NCBI GenBank assembly: GCA_951406725.2 | Contig: OX597822.1 | Coordinates: forward strand, 101,370,001 to 101,434,000 | Reading direction: 5' to 3' | DNA from: Octopus vulgaris | Lineage: Eukaryota | Length of the DNA stretch: 64,000 bases | Shown here: piece by piece, positions 14,237 through 28,398 of the stretch | Layout of the letters: each line of letters begins with the position of its first letter | Numbering within the stretch: position 1 is the stretch's first letter | Notes under the pieces: model-generated | Databases searched by the model: none | The model's input: the letters and a program-made list of their open reading frames with translations, nothing else | What the model was told of the DNA's origin: nothing | Position numbers and translations under genes: made by a program

Positions 14237-14377
14237 CAGAGTGGCTGTGTGGTAAGTAGCTTGTTTACCAACCACATGGTTCTGGGTTCATTATCACTGC
14301 GTGGCACCTTGGACAAGTGTCTTCTACCATAGCCTCGGGCCGACCAAAGCCTTGTGAGTGGATTTGGTAGACGGAAG
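14237..14377 (+). mobile_element. SINE family B, 5' half
   Basis: Matches the B head. Confidence 0.85.
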
Positions 14378-14641
14378 TATGTGTATTTGAAAGGCAGAAG
14401 ACTTCAAAAAGCGCTTACACGAGAAATTCATTCAATCAGGTCTGTGTTAATCTGTTTCCTTTTTCAAGATTTTTTTCATATATTTAATTAACTTTAATGT
14501 AAGAAAATCACTTTTCAAATATTGGGACAGATCAAACATTTTCCCTAACATTACGTCTCCAGCATGCCTGCAGCTCTCAAAATGTAGCTAGTAAAGAATA
14601 TACATACGTACATACATACATACATACATACATACATACAT

Positions 14642-14715
<74 letters not shown>

Positions 14716-14847
14716 CTGTTCTGTCTGGGGAGAGTCATTTTCTCTTTGTGCCTTATAATTTAACCAAATCCCAAAACGAAATATATATATATATATATAT
14801 ATATATTCTTGTATATTCCATCTTACATCTTTCATTTGCCATATATA

Positions 14848-15425
14848 TAAAACTTGTCCTGTACTTTTCCGGGTTTATAATCTTAAGAATATTACTTTTC
14901 GTGGTCACATTTTTCCATGTAATATATACATATATATATACATATATATATATATATTGCATGAGAAAATGCGACCATGAAAAGTAATATTCTTAAGATT
15001 ATATACCTGGAAAAGTACAGGACAAGTTTTTACACATGGAAAAGTATAGTAGAAGCTATTACTTCTAGTAAAGTAAAGAATAAGAAACTTTTTACTTATA
15101 ATATTGCAGCAAAGAATCCCAGTTCTAATTTATCACTCTGTACAGTTCTCATCTTTTAAATTTATTGTACAAAACTGTTCAGCTAATTTGTAAGTTTGTC
15201 TAATTAGTCACTTTTTTCTGTATTTAAGGTAGTAAATTAGCCAAATTCTACTTAGCGTTATTTGTAGACTATAATAAAATAAGTTTTAATATTCAAATTT
15301 TAATTTTAGCTGCATAAGAAACTTTTTACTTAAAATAATCTAAGTAAAAAGTTTCTTATTCTTTACTTTACTAGAAATAATAGCTTCTATACTTTTCCAG
15401 GTATAATAACTTGTCCTACTTTTCT
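14848..15425. repeat. Nested inverted repeats (foldback/MITE-like)
   Basis: 14848-14925 is inverted to 14953-15030 around a TA spacer; 15010-15100 is inverted to 15340-15425. Confidence 0.8.
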
Positions 15426-16196
15426 TGCTCGCATTTTCCATGTACTCCATGATTTTTCCAGACATTAAGATAATTAAAATGTATGAATTAATAATATAAG
15501 ATTTTACCGTATGAAATGCTAAAAGATAATATTTCAATTTTTCCATGTAAGTGATGATAATATTTCAATTCTTTTTGTGTTTAATATAATTATATGTTGT
15601 GATTGAATTATTTGATATTACCCATCCACACCAGATTATTGGCAGGGATTTTTACCATGTTGTTGTTTGCACCATGGCTCACTAAAAGTTTAAAAAAAAC
15701 AAGAACCCAACACCATCAGTTACCAGGCTCACCTTAAGTAACCTAATTTTGCACTATTAGGTGGTCACAGGAATTCATTCAACGAAAAAATATTGCAATG
15801 GTTCCGGGATTGTAATATGTATATATATCATCGGCAGAAGTTAGAGAGTAAGTCAAAAGCTGGGAGTTTCGTGTATTGGCACATATCAGACACAAATTTG
15901 TCCATTGTCACTCTAACTTCTGACGAAGTAATTTCTAAAATACAAAATTTTGTCAAAAATTTTAAGAGTAAACCCTGTTCTATGTGACTCATTCTACCAG
16001 TATCAGAAGTTTGAAAGTGTTTAGTTAAAAAATTAATTAACTAATCTGTACGTCTAATTAAATAGATCCGAAATGGATGAAAGGCAGAGTTTGAATTTAG
16101 AACGTAGAGACAAACGAAATACCGCTTCTAAAATACAAACTTTTGTCAAAAACATTAAGAGTGATTTCTTTATTATAATAATTAAATAATCTGTAC

Positions 16197-16300
16197 GTCA
16201 AAGTCGACCTCGGCGAAATTTGAACTCAAAACGCAAAGACAGACGAAATACCACCAAGCATTTCGCCCGCCTCGATAACATTTCTGCCAGCTCACCGCCT
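16197..16300 (-). mobile_element. SINE family A, 5' part
   Basis: Reverse complement of the A head. Confidence 0.8.
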
Positions 16301-17095
16301 TAGAATGTCAATATTCATTTAGAAATATATTCTTTATTATTTTTGCTTAAGCGTGACTCCCTTACTTGCTGACATTAAATTTCGTAACATTTTACCTCAT
16401 AACTCTTTTTCTACTAATTTTTGTTCAATGCGACAAACGATTCTGAACTTCTCATGCATTTTTCTACCCTTTGAGCTTATAAAAAGTATGTTTTTAATTT
16501 AAAATTAAAAAAAAGAATTATGTTAATTGAAGATGAATATTTGCCTTACTGCCCCCCTTGAGGTCGTCGCAGATATTTTGATGTAACTTTTTCTCTACTG
16601 AACCAAATCTTAAACTATTTATGCCAAAGTGTAGCTGAGGAGGTGTCCTCTTTAAAACTGTTAACAGTTTGCAATTTAGTTGAGAACTGAATTAGTGGTG
16701 AAGCTTGGAAGCTGCTGCGATTGACGAAATGGTGGACTTAAGAATATATTCAACCACTACCGTGGTTGAATGATATCTCTCAAGCTATTTTATTTTGGTT
16801 TTACAATAATTAATAAATATGCTAAAGATTCTTTCTATTGCAATTTAGTGTGTCTTTTAAGGAATTTTGTTCCCTTCCACATGGTTCTGAGTTCAGTCTC
16901 ACTGTGTTGCACCTTTGGCAAAGGCCCAACTTTCTGAGTTCTTTTAAAGGACTTAGAATTACTGAAGGAGTACTGCAATAAGCGTGTGAATCGGTGACGG
17001 GAATATGTTGAATAAAATTACAATTAACTAATCCTCCTGTATTTTCATTTACCCAAAGCAAGGAACTTCTAACCACCCTCTCTTACGTGACTCAA

Positions 17096-17420
17096 GTGAG
17101 GGCGCGTGGCTTAGTGGTTAGGGCATTCGGCTCATGATCGTAAGGTTGTGAGTTCGATTCCCTGCGACGCGTTGTGTCCTTGAGCAAGACACTTTATTTC
17201 ACGTTGCTCCAGTCCACTCAGCTGGCAAAAATGAGTTGTACTTGTATTTCAAAGGGTCAGCCTTGTCACTCTCTGTGTCACGCTGATTATCCCCGAGAAC
17301 TACGTTAAGGGTACACGTGTCTGTGGAATGCTCAGCCACTTGCACGTTAATTTCACGAGCAAGCTGTTCCGTTGATCGTATCAGCTGGGACCCTCGTCGT
17401 CGTAACCGGCGGAGTCTTTT
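17096..17420 (+). mobile_element. tRNA-headed SINE family D (CORE/V-like centre) sharing its tail with family C
   Basis: GGGCGCGTGGCTTAGTGGTTAG...GAGTTCGATTCC head, GTGTCCTTGAGCAAGACACTTT core; TSD ACGTGACTCAA at 17085-17095 and 17422-17432. Confidence 0.9.
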
Positions 17421-18261
17421 GACGTGACTCAAAAGCATTTTCTTAATGTTTCACTTTCCAACTAATATGAATTAATGATAATTCATGTTCACTTGAAGCA
17501 CTCTACCAGAATCTGTAACATTATCGACGACATAGTGCGTAGTTTCAAATATCACCAAAGATAGTGTTTTACGTTTAAATACTCGAATACTTTTTCAGTA
17601 GTTTTCAAATATCTCCGAAAAGGACTATAAACGGTAATATTTTGAAATGCATCTTATTCTGTCAAGCTTCACTTTACCTTTCGTCATTTATGAGTCGATA
17701 AAAGAGGTATCATATGAATCGACTTGCCCACTCCCCCGAAATTGTTGGTCTTGTACCAAAATTTGAAACCGATATTTTAGAATGACACTTAAATATTGCT
17801 TTCAAATGTTGGCACAAAGCCAGCAATTTCGGAGGCGTGGTGTGTCAATTACATCGACCGTAGTATCCAATGAGTACTTATTTTATCGACCTCAAAAAGG
17901 ATGAAATGCGAAGTCGGCGGATTTTGAATTCAGAACGTAAAGGCGTACGAAAATGCTGGTAGCCATATTTTCCGGCATGCATACGATTCTGCTAGCTCGC
18001 CACCTTCGAATGCATCTAAATATTAAATGAAGTAACACCAGGCTTTATAGTGCATAAGGCCTGAATAATTTAATAACAAATAAATTTAAATCCATGGAAA
18101 TAAATTTATATATTCCATTCAGCCTCAAGAGTCATACCTAACCTTTTAAGACATGATATGTAAATGTGAAACATTAAAAATGACGGTATTCTAAAAATAT
18201 ATTGCTTACGCACACACAGAAAAATGTATGCACACAAAGATCTGTGTGTGAGTTATGATGA

Positions 18262-18548
18262 CGGGTGGCCCAGTGCTTTGGCTGTTGCACTCAAGATTAC
18301 GAGATAGTCGTTTCGATTCCTAGAGAGACTGTACGTTGTATTCTTTGAGCAAAAAGCATTCTTTTCACCTTAATCCAGTCCACACAACTCCAAACGGGAA
18401 AGGTGTGACAGACTGGTGTTGCGTTCAGGGAGAATGTCGACTGCCCCGCTTAGTCAGCGAGGTGGTATCATTCAAAATCTAAACCCACCGAAATCGCTTT
18501 GTATCTAGCAGTGTAAAATAACTGATAGTCAAGTTGATACCGTGACAG
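18262..18548 (+). mobile_element. Degraded D-type SINE with alternative tail Y
   Basis: Decayed head and core; tail GCTTAGTCAGCG.GGTGG shared with 48900-48998. Confidence 0.55.
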
Positions 18549-19032
18549 TATTATATATATTTATATATATGTAATAGAAAATTTAGACAAATAGTTATAA
18601 TTAGACAAATACTTATAATGACTGAGACCGGAACTGAAATGTCTTTCATAAAATTATTTTAGTATTTTCTACCTTGACTCTTTTACCCCCCCCCCCCACA
18701 TATATATATCGAAAACAAAGAGATGTTACTTGAACAGCCAAGTGCTATGCTATGAACTTCATTAGCTTACAGTTGTTTCTGCTATAAAATATGGTGGACT
18801 GTTAGATGAGTAGCAGGACACCATCCTTTAGCTTCATCCGTGCCTTGAATATGAAGCGCGCTTTATTTGGGAAAGTTACTTTATGAGAACATTCAGGCGT
18901 TATGAGTGAGAAAGTTTATGTTAATGGCTATGGAAAGTTCTGTCCCAAGGTAGATGAAAATATGCAGATATGCGCATGCGCTTAGGGTGGAATACAAAGG
19001 GAGATGTATGGGTAGACTCTTAAACTCATCTC

Positions 19033-19081
<49 letters not shown>

Positions 19082-19087
19082 TCATTT

Positions 19088-19137
19088 ATGACTGCCCACA
19101 CGGAGCCCATAGATATGGGCTCCGTGTGGGCAGTCAT
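19088..19137. repeat. Perfect 24-bp-arm palindrome
   Basis: ATGACTGCCCACACGGAGCCCATA GA TATGGGCTCCGTGTGGGCAGTCAT. Confidence 0.95.
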
Positions 19138-19458
19138 CTAAAAGTTTTTGTTCATCTTGATGCTGACATAAGTTCCTTGTTTTTCCTGATGAGAAGGCGG
19201 CATAATGCACCCCTTATTCCTTCGAAATTAGGAATATGCAGCCTTCGAAACATATGTCGAGAATAAAGGAATTTTGTTAATTCGTCGTTCAACTCCATTC
19301 TTTCATTTATTTGTATTAAAAAACACACAAATTTCCACACGAAAGCACGTGATGTCTGCCCTTGGCATGTAGCTTCAACCGTGTTTTTCTGACGTGAATT
19401 TGCTACCCAGGTATCGGTTAACCGAATTATCCATACTAAGATAATTCATTCAACTACT

Positions 19459-19521
<63 letters not shown>

Positions 19522-19899
19522 TGTATACACGCATACACGCACACACATACTTTTGAAGAAACTTCTAAGACAAAAGTTATGTATGTTAAATGCTTATATG
19601 TTTATTATTAAAAAGAAAGACTGTAATATAAATATACATATATATATATTTAATGTATACATACATATATACATATATTTATATTACACTCTCGGCTTCA
19701 TAATATACGTGTATGCACCTTTGAAAGGCATACTGCTGTGGTTTTTGTTTGACAAAAATCTCTTCAGAGACGTTTTAAAATTAAAATATATGTATATGTT
19801 TGTGTGTGTGCGTGCGTGTGTGTTTGTGTGTGCGTGTATATATATATACAAATACACAGACACATACATATATATATATATACATACATACATATACAT

Positions 19900-19945
<46 letters not shown>

Positions 19946-20384
19946 CTGATGTTATGAGATATATACATTTTCGAGAGAACTTGAAATAGATCCTATTTGG
20001 AATAGAGCACTTCAAAGAACAGAAGACACTAGTAAATAACATAAAAACATTGGCTCAAAAAACACATTTGGATACTAAAGTCAAAGTATAGGAATATCAT
20101 CTTGAACTTGCATTTTATGTATACATGATACATGAGGTAGCATTAAACTGAAGCGCTCTGAATTTTTTTATCCAATTTGAAACTTTATCCAACATACGAT
20201 TCTCACTGGTAGGAATGATAGAGAAATTCAAAGGATTGTTTTGTTTCAATGGTGGAACGCAGGAGATGTGAATTCGAGTCCCATGGACTGCCTTCAACAA
20301 TTTCTGTCGAAAGGAAATTGCATGCCATTATTTATAGCTTTATGTACCCAGAGGGATCTAATCCAAAAGAAATATATGTATGTC

Positions 20385-20507
<123 letters not shown>

Positions 20508-20508
20508 A

Positions 20509-20907
20509 GGCGCAGGAGTGGCTGTGTGGTAAGTAGCTTGTTTACCAACCACATGGTTCTGGGTTCAGTCCCACTGTGTGGAATCTTGGGCAAGTGTCTT
20601 CTGCTATAGCCTCGGGCCGACCAATGCCTTGTGAGTGGATTTGGTTGACGGAAACTGAAAGAAGCCTGTCGTATATATTTATATATATGTATGTATGTGT
20701 GTGTGTTTGTGTGTCTGTGCTTGTTCCCCTAGCATTGCTTGACAACCGATGCTGGTGTGTTTACGACCCCGTCACTTAGCGGTTCGGCAAAAGAGACCGA
20801 TAGAATAAGTACTGGGCTTACAAAGAATAAGTCCCGGGGTCGATTTGCTCGACTAAAGGCAGTGCTCCAGCATGGTCGCAGTCAAGTGACTGAAACAAGT
20901 AAAAGAG
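20509..20907 (+). mobile_element. SINE family B, full length
   Basis: Complete head, internal microsatellite and tail. Confidence 0.92.
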
Positions 20908-21081
20908 TATATATGCTGTGTAACATTAATTTCTTGAATCAATAATGGTTCAACCAAAACTTTTCAATAAGGAAGTACCAGATTCTTGTAAATGCTAAGG
21001 TCGTTATTATTGGACTGCAGCAAGGTCGAAGCGCATATGATGAGGTCGTAAAACCACTACACACATTTTTTCTCTTCTTGT

Positions 21082-21240
21082 TTCTCTCCTTGTTTTTTTC
21101 TGTGTCCCTTTCTGTAGAAGAGCGTAGGCTCGAAACGTAAAAGACTTTTTCTATTCCTGAGCGTTATACTAATACATCTGTTTGTTTTGTACACCACCTG
21201 TCTTCGACTTTTGTTGTTTTTTTTCGTAAACGCTCCCTAT
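21082..21240 (+). mobile_element. Hammerhead-bearing element family H2 (copy 2)
   Basis: CTTT CTGTAGA A GAGC GTAG GCTC GAAAC GTA AAAG at 21108-21143. Confidence 0.72.
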
Positions 21241-21855
21241 ATTATTTATTTGTTAGGTAGTTTACTTACACATTTGAAATAAAACAATAATTTATTACAC
21301 ATATGTATAACAGAAAGGGTGTCTTCCGTTCAAGATACGATATTTCTCTATTTATCTCTGCACCACGGTGCGACAATTCACTGTTTCGAGTCCAGAGGTT
21401 TGAGAGGCAAAGATGAACAGAGTGCAAATAAAATTCAGGACATAAAAGGAAGTAGTAAAGGCATGACCTTCATGAGGTCACGAATAACAACGAAAGAACT
21501 CAGAGAAACTTAGCTAATTGGCTGATTGACCGAGTGAACAGCCAACCGATTAGTTAGTTTGTTATATTAGCTGCCTAATAATAATAATAAAAGAAGTGAA
21601 ATGGAATCAGTGCATGTGCTTCTTATTGTGCATTGTAACCCACCCAAGTTTACTACGAGATACGTTTGAGCACACGGCTTCCTATAACGAATCATGCAAA
21701 CAAATACAAAAATAAAAATTTTTATAAAAACAAAATTCTTCCGTTTATGCTTCAACTGAAATACTGAACATCGAAAGGGGGAATTAAATATATATATCAA
21801 AAGTTAATCCGTTTACGCCACCGCTTTCGCCTAGTGCTTTAAAATATGAGAACTA

Positions 21856-21927
<72 letters not shown>

Positions 21928-21938
21928 ATATGTATATA

Positions 21939-22000
<62 letters not shown>

Positions 22001-23137
22001 CATATATATATATTTTTATATATACATATATATATATATTTATATATACATATATATATATATATTTATAAATACATAACTTAGAATAACTTAGAAAGGC
22101 TTTGGCCCAGACCATGTCTAACTTAATAGCACCACCTGGCGAAGTCTTTCGATTCAGGATTTGGGCACCAAGGCCCATTCGAGCAGGGAGTTATTGTTTG
22201 AGGAGACATATCCGGGTGTGGGTGGTTTGTCCGGAACTGTTTGAAGGAATTTGTCCAAAGACTTCTTGAATTTTGTGTGGTCAATTTCTGTATATATTTA
22301 TATATACAACTCAAAATATATGTGCCAACGCACGAAACTTTCGAACCTTGCATCACTCTGTTACTTCTGTTAAATATTAATAAAAATAAAGATGTATGTG
22401 CGTGTGTGTACATATATATCTATATGTATATGTGTGTGTGTGTATATGTATATATATATAATGTCTGTGTGTGTATGTGTATAAATATATATATACATAT
22501 GTATATATAAATATATGTATACGTAAGTGGGTATGTACGTATGTATGTATGTATGTATGTATGTATGTATGTATGTATGTATGTATGTATGCATGCATGT
22601 ATGTATGTATGTATGTATGTATGTATGTATGTATGTATGTATGTATGAATGAATGAATGTATGTAACTGCATCCGGACCGGGAGTTCCAAAGGTTTGAGG
22701 GGTGTAGAATCACATCTTAGCCACTGTTTCTTGTTAGGTTTCCTTTGACCGAAGGAGCAACATTTGTCAGGGTCCCAGCCATGGGTTAACCAATATATTG
22801 TCTACTGGGAATAATGACCCCTTAGTTATTTTAGAAAATACTTCTAGGAAAAAAAGTAAACTGCTATTTAAAAGAGAAAGACCTTAAGATCAGTTGGTAT
22901 CTAGGCGTCTGAATCATGGTTGGACCACTGGCGCTACAGCTGATTTGGCTGTTGAAAGTGGGGTCCAGTACTGTGAAACACCACCCATTCAAAACAAATT
23001 CACGCAGTTGAATTTCATGGACTCTTGATTCTGATAAGCAATCATACTTAGTCACGAGTTGACTCGTTGTTCTTGATTGCAGCCATCATGGGGGACCCAC
23101 CTTGAAGGGTTTATCCCCCCAAAAATCGATATACATA

Positions 23138-23365
23138 TTCTTTTATTCTTTTATTTGCTTTAATCAATTGACTGCGACCATGCTGGAGCACCGCCCTTAG
23201 TCGAGCAAATTGACCCCAGGACTTATTCTTTGTAAGCCTAGTTGCGGGGATGTAAACACACCAGCACCGGTTGTCAAAAAGCGATATTGGGAGGTTAAAC
23301 ACTGACACACAAACATATACACACGCATACAGATATACATATATATATGTATATATCTATACATT

Positions 23366-23435
<70 letters not shown>

Positions 23436-23532
23436 CGACGGGCTTCTTGCAGTTTCCGTCCAGTACGCAATGGGACTGGACCCGGAATCATATGGTTGGT
23501 AAGCAGTTACTTATCACACAGCCACTCTGCGC
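23138..23532 (-). mobile_element. SINE family B with internal deletions
   Basis: Reverse-complement match to B. Confidence 0.8.
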
Positions 23533-23625
23533 TTATACAAACGAACACACATGCATAATATATGTGTGTGTGTGTGTGCACGCATGTGTATGTATGTATG
23601 TATCTATGTATGTATGTATGTATGT

Positions 23626-23672
<47 letters not shown>

Positions 23673-23952
23673 AGTAAATAATTATCATGTGTTACAATAG
23701 AGGAAACGCTGCAGACTGGTGCTTCGTTAGTTGAGAAGATCCTGATATTGCTTACAAGTTCAGTGTTGCCTATGAACTGATTAACTGAAGGACACTGTAT
23801 TTCCCATACAATGTGGGTACTTCTAACATTTACATAACGAGCGTGACAAACAAGTATTGAAATATTCCCTGCAATTATCTACACCTACCCACCTCTTTTG
23901 TTCAAAAGAATCTTTAGTTATACGAAGCTAGAATGGAAGAATTAAGCAGTTA

Positions 23953-24326
23953 GGGAGCACTCCGTCGGTTACGACGATGAGGGTCCCAGCTGATACGATC
24001 AACGGAACAGCTTGCTCGTGGAATTAACGTGCAAGTGGCTGAGCACTCCACAGACACGTGTACCCTTAACGTAGTTCTCGAGGAGATTCAGCGTGACACA
24101 GAGTGTGACAAGGCTAGCCCTTTGAAATACAGGTACAACAGAAACAGGAAGAAGGAGTGAGAGAAAGTTGAAGTTGTGGTGAAAGAGTACAGCAGGCTCA
24201 CCACCACCTCCTGCACGAACCTCGTGAAGCTTTAGGTGTTTTCGCTCAATAAACACTCACAATGCCCGGTCTGGAAATCGAAACCGCGAGTCCGCTGCCC
24301 TAACCACTGGGCCATTGCGCCTCCAC
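23953..24326 (-). mobile_element. tRNA-headed SINE family C, full length
   Basis: Head GTGGAGGCGCAATGGCCCAGTGGTTAGGGCAGCGGACTCGCGG; TSD AATTAAGCAGTTA at 23940-23952 and 24327-24339. Confidence 0.92.
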
Positions 24327-24904
24327 AATTAAGCAGTTAATTTATTATACGACAGAAGAATCGTCGAATGATTGGAGAAACCCTATCGAGTGTCAAGGAG
24401 CTGAATCTTCAGCGTTATCAAGTGTTTGAAATCCTTTCCATAAACGATCCGTGAAATCAGACCAAATGATGCTCGCTTTAATTCAACATTTAAAACTTCT
24501 GTGATAACTCCTTTGTAGCAGCTTGACTAACCAGGCGTATAACCACAACGTGGTTATACGAGATAACCCCACAATCCCAATCATAACGATCTAAATATTT
24601 AGCTGTAAATGCCAGAGGAAAATGTAAAATTCTTATCGAAAAGTATGATGTAAAAGTAAAATATTTATAATTGGATATTACCTACAGTATTCATTATAAC
24701 CACCCCCTAATTTCTTACAAACTTAAATATAATCCTGTTCAGGTTTATTTCTGAAAAACAATACGAGTCTGTGTATATGCATATGCATATATAAATACAT
24801 ATATGAATATACTATCCATCTATCACTCCATCCATCCATCCATCCATCCACACACACACTCACACACACACATCATAATGTCCAGTATTGCTATTTATTG
24901 ATAT

Positions 24905-25323
24905 TCTCTCTTTACTCTTTTACTCTTTTACTTGTTTCACTCATCTGACTGCGGCCATGCTGGAGCACCGCCTTTAGTCGAGCAAATCGACCCGGACTTA
25001 TTCTTTGTAAGCCCAGTACTTATTCTATCGGTCTCTTTGCCGAACCGCTAAGTGACGGGGACGTTAACACACCAGCATCGGTTGTCAAGCAATGCTAGGG
25101 GGACAAACACAAACACACAAACATATACACACACACACATATATATATACACATATATACGACAGGCTTCTTTCAGTTTCCGTCTACCAAATCCACTCAC
25201 AAGGCATTGGTCGGCCCGGGGCTATAGCAGAAGACACTTGCCCAAGTTGCCACGCAGTGGGACTGAACCCGGAACCATGTGGTTGGTTAGCAAGCTACTT
25301 ACCACACAGCCACTCCTGCGCCT
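24905..25323 (-). mobile_element. SINE family B, full length
   Basis: Complete reverse-complement copy. Confidence 0.92.
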
Positions 25324-25859
25324 ATTGCCCAAATTTTTAATGAACCTGATGAATAACATTCTCCTTATGCCATTTCAGTAAAGACAGTTTTAAAACTCGA
25401 TAGATATGTTCATCATGATAGCGTTTGGTAGTTCAGATTAGCATATTAAATACTTCCAGTGGATCCATGGAATTTCATTTTACTGCTACGTTCTCAAGCA
25501 GCATTTTGATATGATTCCTTTGTTTTTAATATAGTGTTTGGATATTCCGTAGCCTAATGTTTTCTAAAATTGGCATCAATTTGCTCAATTTCCATACCAC
25601 ATGGTACACTCGAACACTTGGTCAATCAATAACTTAATAGAATAGGAAATAATTTCTTTGCAGTTATGTTTTTTCTTTTTCTAGTAGCACGAAATTTAGC
25701 CATTTTTTAAAAATATGAAAATAAAATAGCAGGCAATCTTCACTTTATTCCACTGTTTGAAAATCTGGAAGGAATGAGTACAATTAGTATCCACCAACAA
25801 AAAAGTGTCTAATCGTCTACAATAATACTACATAAGGCTAAGGACAATGAAGTATACGA

Positions 25860-26850
25860 TTTCCACAAAGGCTGTTACAACTAAAGGGTCTGATCCAGCG
25901 AGACTCTTGTATGCTGGAAACAAGATGGACTTCATTCAATACACAAGATTTTAGGATTCTACAGAGATGATGTTGTTGTATGTTGCTTCACATTAGACAC
26001 ATGGTTATTTTAAGAGTTGTAGCTTCCAAATAAAACAAATTTTCATGATACAAAAGATCTACGTATATAAGAAAACACTAAGAAAACACTAACTGTAAAA
26101 AAATCGAACGATAAACTACGTATCCAACATGGACTTGATCCAACAACTCAGTATAGCAAAAAAATCTTTAATTAATTAAACAAACTGGATGACAACTAAT
26201 TATATCCTCAGACAGCAGTTGTTATAAAAGCTATTATAATTAAACCTTATAAAAATATGGTTTTGATGAAAACACTAAACTGAACATAAAAGATCTCGTT
26301 TGACCAGCAGTCATTTGAAATCGTCGTAGTCAAAACAGTTAAGTATTTTTGTTGCATTTTCTAACCAGCTATTTAGTTACTAAAAATGCTTTCAACTTAA
26401 CTCAATCATACAAGAATATTAGTAATCTTATGAAATGCAAACTCCAGATATTTGAATGTAAATGACAAAACAAACGACAGCTGTTTGCTTAATGGGAAAT
26501 GCTTAAGTAAAGCAATCGAGAACGCAATTCAAGTTGAAAGGGTGCTAAAAACTGAGTTATATCGGAATGAATGAGGGTAGTTTCGAACGACGTTTCCTTA
26601 ACATTAAACCCACTTTCACTTGTGTACAAATGAGTAAAACAACGGCTGAGTTAAGATAAATTTGTGGACTATAAAAGGCCATATGTAAAAGACAATTATT
26701 CAATAACAGTCACTGAGTGAACCACGCCTTATATGAACTGGCCAATTGATTTCAATACTGTTTAGCTATAAGCTATAAAAATTTAATCTTGATGAAGGAA
26801 TTCCCACGTACAAAACAATAGACACGAATTCACATTGCAATCATGCCACA
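25860..26850 (+). pseudogene. Decayed Penelope-like element (RT plus GIY-YIG endonuclease)
   Basis: Fragments LGFYRDD (RT catalytic motif, about 25950-25972), CLLNGKCLSKAI (about 26482-26518) and YIGMNEGSFERRFLNIK (about 26558-26608); many stops and frameshifts. Confidence 0.7.
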
Positions 26851-27379
26851 AAAGCAAATTCGCACGAATTATGACACGAGGATACACTATATTCTAATTC
26901 GCAGCATAACATTTTAGCTAGCAATAGCCACGCCTCGCTGATTACTGTAACGCCTCTCTGCTAGAAGCAGCAGTTCAATACCTCAAATCACATCTTTACT
27001 CCAAAGTAAAAAGATGTCATTTGCAAAAAGTAAGTAGTTCCAACATAAACTCCTATAAAAAATGCATAGTCGCGACTGACATAACTTTGATAGTATATGT
27101 AACCAGCAGCAACGTGGGGGTTAAAGAAGAGAAACAACAGCTAGAACAAAGAGTAAACATCGCTAAGTTTATTATCATGAAAGGGAAAAAAAGAATTTTA
27201 TTGAATCCACTCCAACCACAATAAGGAATGACTTGAAGAAGATAAACATAACATATGGCTAATAAATGACAAAAACAGTAAAAAAAATTGAAAATCACAT
27301 ATAAATTATTAATATAGTCTCTACCATATTATATTGTAATATACTATTACTGACTTTCTATCTGTCTGTATGTATGTAT

Positions 27380-27449
<70 letters not shown>

Positions 27450-27451
27450 GT

Positions 27452-27656
27452 AGAAATGAGTTGCGACGTCACAGGTGCCAAGCTGTATCGACCTTTGTCT
27501 TTCCCTTGGATAACACTGGTGGCGTGGAGAGGGGAGGCCGGTATGCATGGGCGACTACTGGTCTTCCATAAAACAACCTTGCCCAGACTTGTGCCTCAGA
27601 GGGTAACTCTCTAGGTGCAAACCCATGGTCACTCATGACCGAAGGGGGTCTTTACC

Positions 27657-27661
<5 letters not shown>
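27452..27661 (+). mobile_element. SINE family E, 3' part
   Basis: Second copy on the minus strand at 36222-36402; ends TTTACCCTTTA. Confidence 0.7.
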
Positions 27662-27748
<87 letters not shown>

Positions 27749-27765
27749 TGTATACAAGTATATGA

Positions 27766-27811
<46 letters not shown>

Positions 27812-28200
27812 TATATCCTTAAAATCCTTTAAAAAATTTTTAACCCGAAGGCATGCGCCATGCTGGGGCACCACCGCTGTCAGGGTCCCAGCCGTGGGTG
27901 AACCATCTATTAATGAATAGATATGTTTACATACAAATATATAAATATATAGTATATATTTACATATATATACGTATATACACATATGCAAAACATGCAT
28001 AACAATGTATGCGTGTATACTTTAACAACTTTTACTTTGCAGCGGCAGAAACTGAATTTCCCATACATATGTATACATATATACTTTCAAATATACATTC
28101 ACACTCACATATATGTGTTCTAATATGTGTGTGTGCGTGTGTATGTATGCATATATATATATACATAACACATACATACACATACATATATATGTAAATA

Positions 28201-28240
<40 letters not shown>

Positions 28241-28360
28241 CAATGATGTATGTAAATGCATGTATATATATATATATGTATATTTATGTATATATATATA
28301 TATATATGAAAAAACAAGTAAAAAATAGAAAATGCTAAAATAATTTTATAGTGAACATTT

Positions 28361-28398
28361 CAGTACCGGTTTCGGTCATTTTGAGACCTTTTCAACTG
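28361..28398 (-). ncRNA. Minimal type I hammerhead, U3-A8 core variant (left arm)
   Basis: Reverse complement of 29546-29583. Confidence 0.75.

Noticed and set aside
17096-17170. tRNA gene calls for SINE heads (also families A, B and C and 55098-55143)
   Set aside because: They continue into repeat bodies, most with TSDs, and lack a full cloverleaf and terminator
18760-18845. Minus-strand CGGATGA...GAAACAACTGTA hammerhead-like motif
   Set aside because: The core is mutated and stem I does not pair; too degenerate to call
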